This document shows, one piece after another, positions 27,498-41,905 of a stretch of DNA of 64,000 bases. Each line of letters starts with the position of its first letter. Position 1 is the first letter of the stretch. The notes under the pieces were generated by a model. The model was not told the DNA's origin and ran no database searches. It saw nothing but the letters and a program-made list of their open reading frames with translations. This DNA comes from Eledone cirrhosa (lineage: Eukaryota). A program made the position numbers and the translations under genes. The stretch covers positions 292,392,001-292,456,000 of the forward strand of contig OZ024741.1 in assembly GCA_964016885.1 (NCBI GenBank), given 5' to 3'.

Positions 27498-28680
27498 GAA
27501 TATATACACACATTTATGTGTGTGTCATCATTTCATTTCATTTTATGTCCACTTTTTCCTTGCTTTTAAGGGTGGGACGGGAACTGATTCTGGCTTAATT
27601 TCTACAGCTGGATGCCCTTCCTAACACCAACCTCATTTACAGTGAGTGCTGGGTGCTTTTTCCGTGGCACCTGCACGACCACTTTGCAGTGGAATAATAG
27701 GGACCCTAGTCCTATTATCTCATTTCTACAGCTGAGTAAACTGGAGCAATGTGAAATAAAGTGTCTTGCTCAAGGAAACAACACATCACCTGGTCTGAGA
27801 ATTGAACTCACAACCTTTCGATTGCAAGGCCAATGCTCTAACCACTAAGCCATGTGCCCCCATAAATGTGTGTATATATATATATATATAAATACACATA
27901 TTTATGTGTATATATATATATATAAATATACCTGGGCATTGTGTGCAGAGGATATACGCAGACGAGAGAGGAACGAAGCTTGCATGCTCCGCTGGATGTG
28001 TAACAGTAATATACGTGAACGGCAAAGCATAAACGAACTAAGGAAAAAATTAGAGATAAGAGGGATCAGATGTTGTTTACTCGAGAGAAGGCTGCGTTGG
28101 TATGGACACGTGATGCGCATGAAAGTCGATAGCTGTATTACAAAGTGCAGGGCAATAAAGATAGACGGTAGCCACGGAATAGGCAGACCTAGAAAAACAT
28201 GGGATGAGCTGATAAACTCCGACCTCACACACTTACACCTCTCCAAGACAATGTCACTGGACCGTGACCTTTGGCGGTACTCAGTAACAGAGAAGACCCG
28301 CCTTGCCAGTAGGCATCTCTAACAAAATACACCCCGTCCCGCCACCACCCCCACCCCATCCACACCACCCCGTTCTATGTAAAGTTATGTTGGTGCCGCG
28401 CCATCCAGGCCGAAACAAATGAGATCGTATAGGTGTCACGACAAAAAAACACACAGTCCACGCTGTAATGTGGCCGTGAAGGCAACACGGTAAAAACCTC
28501 CCAGACCCACACTGTAAATGTGGTTGGTGTTAGGAAGGGCATCCAACTGTAGAAAACCTGCCAGACAGTCCTATGCGAGCAAGACAATCACTCTTGCCTC
28601 AAGTGGGACTACCCCCGTCCAAACCCATGCAAGCGTGGAACACGGACGTTAAACGTTGATGATGATGATGATGATGATGA
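26569..28680. repeat. Long inverted repeat (arms ~26569-27325 and ~27931-28680) of a SINE + RTE 3' fragment chimera
   Basis: Arms read as highly similar reverse complements; ORFs 26945-27427(-) and 27852-28322(+) encode nearly the same RTE C-terminal peptide. Confidence 0.9.
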
Positions 28681-28751
28681 TGATATACACATTTATGTGT
28701 GTATATATTTATATACATATATATATACATTTATGTGTGTGTGTATATATA

Positions 28752-29187
28752 TCATCATCGCCGTTTTACGTCTGTTCTTCCATGCTAGCATGGCTTAGAC
28801 GGGTTGTCCTGTCGTGGGCAGTGTCCAGTCAGCTGACCTTGTTTGCTCATATGGGAACTGATTCTGGCTTGATTTCTACAGCTGGATGCCCTTCCTAACA
28901 CCAAACTCATTTACAGTGAGTGCTGGGTGCTTTTTTTCCGTGGCGCCTACACATCCAATTTAAAGTGTGAGCTGGGTGCCTTTTTGCCGGGGCACCTCCA
29001 CAACCACTTTGTAGTGAAATGATATGGATCCCAGTCCTATCATCTTATTTCTACAGCTGAGTAAACTGGAGCAATGTGAAATAAAGTGTCTTGCTCAAGG
29101 AAACAACACTTCACCCGGTCCAAGAATTGAACTCACAACCTTTCGATTGCAAGGCCAATGCTCTAACCACTAAGCCATGCGCCTTCA
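28752..29187 (-). mobile_element. SINE family C copy
   Basis: Highly similar to 24441-24900 and to the partial copy at 27530-27857. Confidence 0.8.
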
Positions 29188-29301
29188 TATATAAATATAT
29201 ACACACATTTATGTGTGTACATATTTATATACATATATATATACATTTGTGTGTATATATATATAAATATATACACACATTTTTGTGTATATTTGTATAT
29301 A

Positions 29302-30197
29302 CGAGGTGAGTCAGAAAAGTTCCAGGACTGAAGTCACAAAAGATTTATTTCAAACCCAAACTTCACACTAAGAGTTTTCTCCTTCAAAGTAATCCCCCTG
29401 GAGTCTAATGCAATTTTCCATCCTTTTCTGCCACACTTGCATGCACTCCTGGAAGGATTCTTCCAGAATCCTCCGCAGTTCCGTCGTCACGCAATTTTTG
29501 ATGTCGTCCATGTCTTCAAAACGGGTCCCCTCCGGGTCATACTCGAAGATCCATATCTCATCACCGGTGATGACTGTCCCTAGCAAGTATGGTTCGGTTT
29601 CAAGACGCTCAAGGACGTCCTGGCACACCTGCATGCGTCGACCCTTCTGGTCATCGTTCAGCAGTTTTGGCACCATCTTCGCGCTGACTTTCCGCATGTC
29701 CAAATCTTCAGTGAGAATCTTCCAGACGCTGTCCCGATTCATGCCCAGCTCATCTGCCATCAGTCGAACAGTCAGCCGACGATCGCTATGCACCATCTGC
29801 CTGACGCGCTCAACGTTGACCTCAGTCCTGGTTGTTGAGGGCCTTCCGCTCCTGGGGTCATCTTCCACGTATTCGCGTCGTTCTTTAAACATCTTGCACC
29901 ACTCAAAAACACGTGAGCGTGACATCGTCTCATCTCCATACACTTTCTGCAGCAATCCCAGTGCTTCCTACGGAGTTTTCAAGTTTGTTCGTTGCTCTGT
30001 GCTCATTGCTTGAGGACCTGAAACAGAGGACATGTATATCAAATTATGAAGAAAAAAGTTTGATCACTGCAGAGAGCTAAGGTTACAGTTACATACTCCA
30101 GGGGGATTACTTTGAAGGAGAAAACTCTTAGTGTGAAGTTTGGGTTTGAAATAAATCTTTTGTGGCATAAGTCCTGGAACTTTTATGACACACCTCG
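29302..30197 (-). mobile_element. Internally deleted mariner transposon with ~103-bp inverted termini
   Basis: TA TSDs at 29300-01 and 30198-99; TIRs cgaggtg.gtca.aaaagttccaggact. Transposase remnant has EDDPRSGRP, AKMVPKLL, ITGDEIW and a CI..QGDYFE end; the ATG at 30006 is followed by TAG at codon 13. Confidence 0.92.
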
Positions 30198-30789
30198 TAT
30201 ATACACACATCTATGTGTATATATATATATACACACATTTATGTGTATCATCATCATCATCATCACCGTTTTACGTCCGTTCTTCCATGCTAGCATGGGT
30301 TAGACGGGCGTAGATGTGTATATATATATATACACATAGTGTGTATATATATATATACACACACACATTTATGTTTATATATAAATATAAACATACACAT
30401 GTGTATATATGTGTATATGTATAAGAAAAATAAAAGTATTTGCTTTATGTAGACCACTTCACGTTTATGTAAATGTAGATATGTTTAACGAAAAGGGAAG
30501 ATACAACTTACCAGTTAGTTTTGCTCATCATAGTTGGAGTTGTGTAACATGATGATATGAGATGTGACATTGGATATGGTACATAGGTTCCAAGGAGTAT
30601 TCCATGGAGTAATACAATATAAACAAGATACCAGGGAAAACTAGGCAACATTTGTTGAAGTTTGAAGAAACATTAATTATACAATAGAATCAGTTATGTA
30701 ATTGTCTATGAAAGCTAAATTAATTGAGAAATGGAAATAAAGTGGATGAGGATGTGCTTATATAGTAAATTATAATATTATTATATGAA

Positions 30790-31232
30790 GGCACATGGCT
30801 TAGTGGTTAGAGCTTTGGGCTTGCAATCGAAAGGTTGTGAGTTCAATACTCGGAACGGGTGATGTGTTGTTTCTTTGAGCAAGACAGTTTATTTCACATT
30901 GCTCCAGTTTACTCAGCTGTAGAATGAGATGATAGGACTGGGGTCCTCATCATTCCACTGCAAAGTGGTCATGGAGGTGCCCCGGCAAAAAAGCACCCAG
31001 CCCACACTGTAAAGTGGACATGTAGGCGCCATGGGAAAAACCACCCAGCACTCACTGTAAATGAGGTTGGTGTTAGGAAGGGCATTCAGCTGTAGAAATC
31101 AAGCCAGAATCAGTTCCCATATGAGCAAGACATGGTCAGCCGACCGGACACAGCCTACTACAGGACAGCCCGTCTAACCCATGCTAGTGTGGAAGAACGG
31201 ACATAAAACGGTGATGATGATGATGATGATGA
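30790..31232 (+). mobile_element. SINE family C copy
   Basis: Head ggcacatggcttagtggttagagc (A box) and gtgagttcaatact (B box); central ttgagcaagaca..tttcacattgctccag; tail ...acggtgatgatgat. Confidence 0.85.
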
Positions 31233-34200
31233 TAAACATACACAGATACATCATCGATGTATCTATTATCAAATATACATACATGCATAGAATAAATCAG
31301 TGTAAAAGTTTAAGTGGTGGTAAACAAACCTGAAAGTAGCCGATAGATTGTGTTATTGGGTCATTAGAAGAAATAGGAATGGCGACAAGTAGTGAAATAA
31401 ATTGTGATAGGGCAGACACGTCCCGTTGTGAGGTGTAATTCACTAGGGCTGTGGGTCAGTTATATATATATATATATAAGCAAATAGAAAGATGTAATCC
31501 TAATTCTAACTATTTTATTGCTTTAGAATTGATTTAGGTGTGTTATACCTCATTACACAGTTAGTTAAAGGTAGATTTTTACAAATACCTTGTGCACGTA
31601 AAAAATAAAGGAAAAAAACATAAAAAGAAAAGGATTATAACATACCATCTTTAGAAGCAGTAAATAAAAACAGAATAAATATTACAAAATATATTAAAGT
31701 CAATCCCTATATAGCAAGCACTGGGGACACTTATAAGATTACATCATATTGTCATGGGTTCGGTTCCTGGAGGTTGTGTGTTGTGTTTTTGAGTAAAACA
31801 TTTCATTTCATGTTGCTCCAGTATATTCACCTAAAAAATAAGTACCAGCAATAGCTTGAGTTATAATGCTGATATATGGACTGGTGCCCTGTCCAGTGGG
31901 GAATCTTATACTCTGTCACTTCACGCCATGGAAACTAGGCTAAGCACTGGCCTGATGAACATTTGGGCTCAAGACAAACCTTAGATTTGTTAGTTATACT
32001 ATATTATCTATTAACTATAAATTCTTTACATATACCTTTCTCTTGTATCCAAACCATGTTAGTGTACATGATCCATATAACATTACCTATCCTCTAATGC
32101 TACAGCCCACTTCCTTATATATTTTACATAATTTGCAATGGAAGTATATGGCAATATATATTTGCAATTATAACTAAAAATATTCCTCCTCATTCCAGCT
32201 AGCTATTTCATTTACTCACACAACTCCTTACCACATTCTCAAATGTCACCTAAATGATTATTTATCATTATACACACCTAGATAAGGATAACACTTGAAT
32301 ATAATTAGTTTAATTCTTATAATACTTTGTACATGTTTTATTTTCTATTTTCTCTTTCCCTGGGGACTTAATTGCTAAAAATATCCTGCATAATTAAAAT
32401 AAATCAATTACAACTAAAGAGATTTACCTTTCTCAATCATTTAATTAAGACAACAGAATTTAATTAGTATATTTCTACAGTACCCTCCAAAACATTGATC
32501 CTGTTTTTTTCTGAGTAATTTAGGCACTGTCTTTTCTTCATGACTATGTCTCTTTCTTTTGTGGTTTCAAGCACTGGTGGGAGGGAGAGAGGAAATTGTC
32601 CTCAGATTAGGGACCTGGCCTGAATGCTTACAACAAAATTCTCTACATTAAAAACATTCAGGAACCAGGTAGTGTTGTTATCTCATGTTATTGATAAAAC
32701 CTAACACCTGAGTAGGCTATGGAAGGATTTGAACCCAGAATGTAAAGAATTAATTCTCTAGTTCTCTGCTCTAGATTGTTCCTTTATTTACTGACTATCC
32801 TACCCCTACAAAAATGAAAGACAAGGCTGGCTTTTCAGAAAACAAAACGCAAGAATAGATACTGAGAGTACTTCATTCAATGCTCATTGATTGTCAGTTC
32901 ACTTCCATAAACTTGTACATTATTGCCCTGGGGTAATGATAAAGTTGACCCCATCGAGATTTCAACTCAAAAGACAAGGAGCAGGTATCAATAAAACAAG
33001 ATATTGAATCCAATGATGTAAAGCTTCTGCTAAATTTCTGGTTTATATTTTACTGGATTTTAAAATAATTATCGCAAAAGAAAAAAATATATATATATTT
33101 TTACCAATCTGTTCTCCTTCCAGTATATATCTATACCATCTCCCCTAATTACAACCATCAAAATTATCAAGACCCCAATCAAGAAAAAAGTTATCTTGTA
33201 TTCTCATCCAGAAAAATTTAATAGAAAATTAGGATCCATTACTTTATAATTTACTGCTATTGTCAACTAATTTTCACATTATTTTACATGCTATTGTATC
33301 TATAGTTAAAATTGTTAGAATTATTTTAGAAAAACCAGTACATTGGTTCTTGGAAATAAAGCAATGAAAATAGAAGCAAAGTAAGATAATACAATGCTTA
33401 ACAATTTTACCTTATGTTTCAATATTAAAAGGTCTTTTTATTCATCCTCATCTTATGCCCATTTTTCTATGTTCACATGGGTTGGAAGGGTTCATTTCAG
33501 CACAGCATCTTTCCACTTGCTGCATTCCTTTGTCATCTTCTCTGTGAGTCTCAGTAATTTATGATCAACTTTCTCCACCTCTGCCCAGGTCTTTCTTGGT
33601 CCACTTCTACTGCAGCTTTCTTTCCACTGGAAATTTATTTTATTAAGAGAAAATGTAGCATGGTGACAAGCTGGTATCTTTTGCAGTATTTGTTCTGTCT
33701 CTTTTTTTAAAATTCAAATACCAGCAAAGTCAACTTTGCCTTTCATTCTTCCAAGGTCAAATGTGTACCAGTCAAGTACTGGAAACTATTCTTAAATTCT
33801 TTCTCGCACTTTGAATTAGTTATGTTGCACTGTGCAATCTTCTTCAAATCATACCCTACAATTTTATACTGCAGCATGATACATTAGTTACTGTATATAT
33901 ACACTTAAAAAGCTTTAAATCATACATCCGCTGAATCAGGTTTGGTCTAAGGCTAAACATCACAACTAGACTGCCTCATAACAACAGCTAAATATTATTC
34001 CCATTTCAACCTAATTCCTTACAAAAAGAAGTACATATTGCATAATCTATGAAAAAATCTAAAGTCTGTCTGAAGCCTGGAGGCTCATCGGTCTGGTGAT
34101 TGAGAGTACAAGACTCTCTAATCAACAGGACACCAGTCTACTACAGGGTTAAACCCCCAGCTATTGCTGGTACTCATATTTTGTTGAGCATACTGGAGCA

Positions 34201-37200
34201 ACATGAAATGAAGTGTTTTTTTTTCAAGAATACAACATACAACCTAGTCCAGGATTCAAACTCACAACATTATGATCATAGGTCCAACACCCTTACCACT
34301 AGGCCACGTGGCTCCACTATTGCCCCGATAAAATAAAACAAGATGGTCATGTCTTGAATGCCTTTGCTTTTATGTCTGCTAGGTCATGTTATGATCCGAG
34401 ACTTCACAGCAACAAGCACAGCCTCAACAACAACACAACCAATTCTCAACCTATTAGATATCATTATCCACCATAGAAAACATTTGGAAAATAAGATGTG
34501 ATGGTCATGGTGGGATGTCTTTTTGTCATAGGTTTGGCTTCATCCTTACACTATACTTCACCATATCTCACACGTCACAGTGCATAACACATCACAGCAT
34601 GCTGCACTACACCACAATACATAACACACTACACTACACTGCACTTTACCACACAATACCACACCTTTACATAAAACCACACTTTACCATACCACACTGA
34701 ACTACACCTCATCACAAACCACACCACAATACACCAACACAGTACATCACACCTTCACACTGCACCATCAACACACCACCACCAACACACCACACCACAC
34801 TATCACTATCACCACACCATTACCATGTTATACTATCATTACAATACTCCACCATCATATCACACCACTACTCCACACCACCACCACACATCAAGAGGCC
34901 TAGCATTATTTGGTAGATTAAAGCTGTCTTCTTTAGTGTTTAATGATAGAAACTGTGAAAACCCTCTGACTTTTATCTTCATCTCCGCATACATAATAGA
35001 TTGGTGGTTGTGGGCTCCTTGCTCAATTTACCCAGCTTATGGTACAGAGACTGTGGATGAGGAGGGTGGTGGTGTGGTGGATATAGTGAAAAGGAGGAGG
35101 AGGAGATAGAGGAGAAAAAGATGAAATGGTGAAAGAGACAACAAAGATAAAGAGAGAAATGAAGAAGGGGATGAAGAAGGTGACAAAAAGAGGCAAATGA
35201 AATAGCTCCATGAAAAAGTAGTAAAGTGGTGAAGAACAAGAGAAAGAACATAGTGAATAAGATCCTGTCTTTCCTTTTATTCTCTCATTCAGTCATTGTA
35301 TTTTTTCCTTCTCTCTTTCTTTCATTGATCTTGAAAGAAGAGAAAGAGAAGTTATACAGAAACAACAGGAACATGACAAGAGGTGGTGGAGCTGGGGGAG
35401 TATAGTAGTTATACTGATGGTGGTGGTAGGGCTGGAGGAACATAGTAGTATATTGATGGTGGTGGTGGGGGAACAAGGCAGTTATATTGATGGTGGTGGT
35501 GGGTAAACAGTTATATTGGTGGTGGTGGTAGGGTAAACATAGTTATATTGATGGTGATGGCAGTGGTGGGTAAACAGTTATATTGGTGGTCATGGCGGTG
35601 GTGGGGTAAACATAGCAGTTATATTTGTGGTGGTGATGGTTTTGACAATATTGATTTCAGTGAAAGGTCACTATATTGAACATTTCATCAGATATATCAG
35701 TGTTGTGTAGAGGGTGTGAAGGATTGCTGCTGTCTTAACTGAGGGAGAGCAACCAATAAAATCATGTTAATATCTGCAATAAAGAAACAATGAACACGGA
35801 ATGTTAGTGTGAGTATAAATTATATATATATATAACCATCTGTATACTGGTAGTAGAGGTCAGCTTTGCCTTTCATCCACTTAGGTCAATAAAAATGTAC
35901 CAGTCAAGTATTGGGACCGCTTCTTCCTCTATATCTCTCTCACTTCCATTCTCTCAATTTCTATCTTTCTCTGGATTAAATCTGGATTAAATCTGCATTC
36001 AAACATGAGGAAGAGATACGCTCCTCCAGGTTATGAAAAATGCCCTAGAAATGACAGATGTCAATACAGTGCCCCTCATAATCCCTCAGGAGTTAGGGGA
36101 ACATACCATACCATAGTGGTAATGCAAACATAATATTGTAAGTGGTTAATAAAAATAATGATATATAGCTTCTTAACACTTAAGTTACCAACCTGGCCAA
36201 AACTGGCTCTGGTTTTATGAAATAAAACCATCCATTTTAAAGGTTTCCAATTTAAATAAAAATCTTCTGACATAATTTTATATAAGAATCTTACTTTAAC
36301 TTACTATCTTAGTAATGAAAGAATTGATAATTTTAGTAAATCCCTTGAAATTCTTCATTAACTAATTATCACAACAAAACACACCCAGCAGACACTAAAT
36401 GTGGTTGGTGTTAGGCAGGGCATCCAGCCATAGAAACCTCGCCAGAAACAGTTCTACATGTGTAAGACAAAGTCACTTGACCCAACTTGCCTCAAATGGG
36501 ATGAACTGTCTAACGTATGTTAGTGTGGAAAATGGATGTTAAATGATGATGATATTTCATTAGAAATGCAGACATGAATGGGTTATGGCTGATCAAATGA
36601 GCAGTTATTCAGGAGTTATTCTGTCTGCTACTGGATTCAGTCTATAACTGTCTGAGCAACAGGTAGCATACTTTAGACGTAAAAGGATCAGCCTTAATAA
36701 ACTAGCAATATCTAATATGTTGTTTTTCATTATTAAGATGGTATTTAAGGTTGGTAGTATCAATAAAGTGTCAGACACCATGCTTTGTAACATAGTTATG
36801 GCTCTTTACGTTCTGAGTTCAAATCCTGCTGAGGTTAGCTTTTTCTTTTTATCCTCACAGAGTTGATAAAATAAAGTACCAGTAATGCACTGGGCTCAAT
36901 TTAATCTATCTTCCCCTCCCCCAAAATTGTTGGCCTTGTGCTTAAATCAGAAATCGTTATTAAGATGGTATTTAAAGCACAACAAAAGGTTCATCATCAT
37001 AATCCTCAATTAACATCTGCTTTCCCTGCTAGCAAAGTTTGGATGTATCTACATAGACAGTCAGTACTGAAGTAATGCTACTGACCTCACTTTCAGAATG
37101 ATGGGTTAGCATCATGCTTTTGTATGGTCATATGTTTTAACAACTTCAGAGAAGTTAGCATGTTTTTGACACAAACTGAATGGTGCTCCCAATCCCTTGT

Positions 37201-37329
37201 TTGGCAAGTTTTCTATAGCTGGATGCTCTTCTTAACACCACTTTACAGTGTGTACTGGGTGCTTTTATTGTGTAGATTACCATCACTAGGGAGGTTGTCA
37301 TGACCTTGATAAAACTAAAATTGTTGGAA

Positions 37330-38150
37330 GATTTTAATTTTTATAGGAACTCTTTAAAGTGGGTGTTTTTGATCCATAGAACTGGAGGCAGTGAGGAGTA
37401 GATTGGTATCACCAGTATTGAATTGGTCGAGCTTCTTCATACACAATACTTTGCTTGACTCATTTTCTACATCTCTTCAGTTAGTTTGCTTCATTTTGCT
37501 GCTTGGTTTGCAGTCTTTGGGGAAGTGAGCTTCTTTGAATTTATGTATTTCAACTTCAGCTTTCATGTCTAATGCTTCATTATCTACAATGTATAGTGTA
37601 TATTCAACAAATTCTTCAAGTGATTCCTTGTCAAGAAATTTGTTTTCAACATTTAGCCAATGGTACTTAAGATTAAGACATTCAAATTGTTCAAAGTTAT
37701 ATTTGGACTTAATTATATTGATAAGATATTTGGCTGAAGCAATCTATTGTTGTTTTCGTGTTTAAGTTGTGAAAATCTTCAGCATAATGAAATTATATCA
37801 CATGAAAGCTAGGTGGCATGAATTGGATTTTTTCCTCATTGAAACTTCCCTTCTATGGATATTGGATGATTTGGATGATATATATATTCACAAATAGGTA
37901 CAGCATCTCACTCCAGTGATTCATCAAATAACGCTGTGTAAAGGTATGTGCTACCATCTATATAAACTTACCTTCATGATATATAAAATTTGTTAGTTTG
38001 ATGTGATATTGCGTTTTCATGTCTTCTTGTTGCTGAAAACCAAGTAGAGTAAGAACCAGCATTTCTAAATCCTTAAAACTATGAGTGTTACAAAATCTTC
38101 ACAGCTCAATCTTCAGAATAGGAATTATAGTACTAATATTATATTGTTTA
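37330..38150 (-). mobile_element. Possible degenerate DNA transposase relic (hAT-like)
   Basis: Coding-like minus-strand stretch (LKYHWLNVENKFLDKESLEEF...) ending near SILVIP, reminiscent of the hAT dimerization region; many disruptions. Confidence 0.3.
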
Positions 38151-39101
38151 CATTTTTTGCAGTAGGCTGCAAAGAATTATGAGAGTATAATGCTGAATTT
38201 AAATTTCAAATATGTTCTTTGTTGTTGTTTAAGTTGTATCTCTTTATGATTCATAACTTAGCAGTTCGTCATATAGAGATCGACTGAGTATTAGACTGAA
38301 ATAAGTCCAAACATGATCAAATAAATCCAATGAGTCAGGAGCTTAAGTATGGCTGTAGTCCAATCATTGAAACAAATAATGAATTAGCATGTGTATGTGT
38401 GTATATATATATATTTAAAACGGTTGTGATGGTGACACAGTAAAAAGCACCCAGTCCACACTGTAAAGTAGTCATGTAGGTATAACGACAACAAGCACCC
38501 AATACTCACTGTAAATGAGGTTGTTGTTAGGAAGGGCATCCAGCTGTAGAAACCAATCCCAAATCAGTTCTGTATGAGCAAGACATGGTCACCTGACCTA
38601 ACATTGCCCACAACAGGACAAATTATCTAACCCATGCCAGCATGGAGCAATGGACATAAAATGATCATATATATATATATAAACAGACCCAGTACAAAGC
38701 AGTTGGTGATAAGAAGGGCATCTAGCCATAGATAGCTTGCCAAATAAAAACCTGGGAGGTTCCCCTCAATCATGTAAAGGACATGACAACATCCCAAGTC
38801 TTAGTAATCTACATGATAAATACAGAGTACATGCTGTAAGGTGGTTGGTGATAGGAAGAGCATCCAGCAGTAGAAAGCTTGCTAAACAAAGGTTTGGGAA
38901 GACCCTCAATTGTGTCAAAGATATGACAACCCCTCCTGTGCACTTGGTAGAATTTGAGACTGTACATAAGTGAAACACAGATCCCTGGCCTGACTGGGAG
39001 ATCAGCAGACCCGCTTCAGTACTGACTTGATCTATGTAGACCCATCCAAGCCTTGCTAGCAGGGGAATTAGAGGTTAAAATGATGATGATATGTATGTGT
39101 G

Positions 39102-39134
<33 letters not shown>

Positions 39135-39174
39135 GATATAGCTGTGACAAAGCCTGCCACTGACATTCACAATC

Positions 39175-39350
39175 TCAAAGCCTCCCTCACACACTTAGTC
39201 ACATAAACATCCTCCCTCATACATTCAGTCACAGACAAAGCTTGCCTCACACATTCAGTCACACACAAAGCTTCCCTCACACACACACAGTCACAGGTAA
39301 ATCCTACCTCACACATTCAAAGTCACACACAAAGCCTCCCTTACACACAC
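39175..39350. repeat. ~30-bp tandem repeat x6
   Basis: Unit approximately agcctccctcacacattcagtcacacacaa. Confidence 0.8.
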
Positions 39351-41557
39351 ATGCAAATACATGCACACTAAGTGAACTTCAAATAAATAGCCATTGCATT
39401 AATAGGTGTATGGCTTAATGGTAAGTGTGTTGAACTTATGATCATAATGTTGTAGATTTAATTCCTAGGCTAAGTTGACCAAAACACTTAACTTCACATA
39501 GCTCCAGTACACTCAATTGAAAATGAGTACCAGCAATAAATGGAGGTTTAACTCTGCAACAGATGGGCATCTTGACCAGAAGGGAGTCTTGTATTCTTAG
39601 TCGCTTAACACCACAATAACTGGGATAAACACCGGCCTGATGAGAATACGGGCTCGCAAAAGACTTTAGACTTTTAGCGTTAATCACCTCTTTTAAAGCT
39701 GAATATTAGCGAAAACACAAGCATGCTAGTGTAGTTAAGGAGTTTGTTCCTACAGGGTCACAAGTTTGACTATATGGAAATGTTCCTTCTACTATACACA
39801 AAACAATTAACAGCATTTGTTCTGGTTTTCTTCCATCTGAGTTAAAACCTTGCCATGGTCAACCTCAGTTTAATAAAATAAAGTACCTGTCCAGAACAGT
39901 GGATTGGAAAATTGTAAGTGGTTCAGTTACGATGCTTTGTGGTATTTATCCTGACTGTGCTTTGAGCACTTGAGTGATAGATTTAAAACCCTCACTAGTT
40001 TAAAACCACCATTTTTTCCTTGAATAACTTTAGTGGAGTTCATTTTCTTGCAAGTGTTCAGGCCAGATTTCTGACCTGAAGTTAACTTCCACTCTTCCTG
40101 CCACCAGTCTAAGAGAATCTGAAAAAGAAAAGGGTCCGATTAAGCAGTAAAAAGAAAAAAAGAAAAGAAAGAAATTAACATATGCAATATCACCCTACCT
40201 GTTTTTACATCAGTGATTTATCTTCAGAAATGTAGTTTAATGTTCTGTTCAGTTGTACAAATTAATAAACGACCATCTTACATTTTGAAGCTGGTTCTAA
40301 TACGTTTCTTGCACAATTCTCTATTTTTTTATGGTGATAGCCAGGTCAAAGCAAATTTCGTAAAATGTTGAAGAACCACTTTTAGTAATCTTACATACAT
40401 ATATATATACATGCATACATAACAAATTTATACATACATACGTATACACACTTGTACATACATACACAAACTGCAATCTAGTACAGTTAAAGAAATCCAG
40501 TGGTTTCTGAAATATTTCTTGCATTGAATTAACTGACAATACTGTCATCTGCCAACATTTACTGTCTGTAAAGGTCAAAACTATACGAAATTTACCAAAA
40601 TTCCTAGTAGCATTCAAATCACTGAAAGTAGAATGTAGCAGAATTCTAATCAGATTTTATCCAATATATTTCTAAGAGGCTGCTGCTTAGAAACAATTCT
40701 TGGAGTTCTTAGTGCTGCTATACTTTAAAAATATACCCTATTTTTATATGAAGTTTGAATAGCCAGAAACCTTAACAAATCCTGCACTTTATTTTTCATG
40801 TTTAAATTACATATTTGTTTATTTGGTTTGTGTCTATTGAAACTTGGTCTTTTATTATGATCTATTGAAAGTTGTTTAATGCATTATGATTTTTCTGTCA
40901 AATGTTAGGGAACATCATCATCATTGCTTAATGTCCACTTCTCGTGCTGGCATGGGTCAGGTGGTTTACTCATTTTACTCATATGTACTGTTATCATCAT
41001 CATCATTTAACCTCCACTTTCTCTGCTAGCAAGGGCCTTGTTTATATATGCATATATTTATATGTATTCATATATATTTGAATATGCATATATTATGTAA
41101 ATATATATTTATATATTCACATGTATATGTATATTTATATATATATGTATATATTTATATAAATATAAATATAAATACATATAAATATATACATATGTAT
41201 ATGTGTGTGTGTATATATATATATATATGTATATATACTGTGTGTGTATGTGTGCATATGTATATATTTTTATGTATATATTTTTTAATTTTATTGGGAA
41301 ATATGTATATTAGGTCTCTAAGCATGCAAATATACATATTTCTCTGTAACTTGAAACATGAGATATACCTTTAATCCATCATCAAACCATTTTATGTTCT
41401 CATCAGAACGTATGTGAAAGATGATATAAATTCATTCATACACACATGCGGGTGTGTTTGTATGTGTGTCTATATAGTATTGACAAAAGTGAGAATGAAT
41501 ATACAATACCATAGTGGTGATTATTCTTTTTTTAAAGGCAGATCTGTTTCTATAGAG

Positions 41558-41905
41558 CAAGGTTTCCCAACCTGAGCAATATCGTCCATTGGACGATTTC
41601 AGCTATTGTGTATATGATGAGCAACTGATCAGAAAATGGTGGATGATTGGAAATTTTGGTGGACAATATAGGATTCTGAGTATTAAAGTATTTCAAAATA
41701 TGCTAACTGAAAAAAAAAATATTCAAAGAAGATATGCAAAGAACCTGTATAAAAAGACAGGAGGCTAAATTGGAATAACAAACCAGTAACAAACTTTTAC
41801 GAAACATTTTATGTAAGTTTTTGAATATTTACTATACAGGTGGGTGTTGGAAAATCTTTTCCATGTGAAAGTGGGCAATGACACAAAAAAGGTTGGGAAC
41901 TGCTG
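41558..41905. mobile_element. hAT (Charlie-like) MITE
   Basis: TIRs caaggtttcccaacct / aggttgggaactgctg; 8-bp TSD ctatagag / ctctagag. Confidence 0.75.

Noticed and set aside
30790-30860. tRNA gene
   Set aside because: A and B boxes are present, but it continues into a multi-copy SINE body and lacks a full cloverleaf.
39630-39670. ctgatgag motif resembling a hammerhead core
   Set aside because: Part of a SINE tail; no GAAA or stem III.
40070-40180. Minus-strand acceptor ttttctttttcag with a possible 43-nt exon
   Set aside because: Weak donor (gtcaga), no recognisable peptide and no partner exons.
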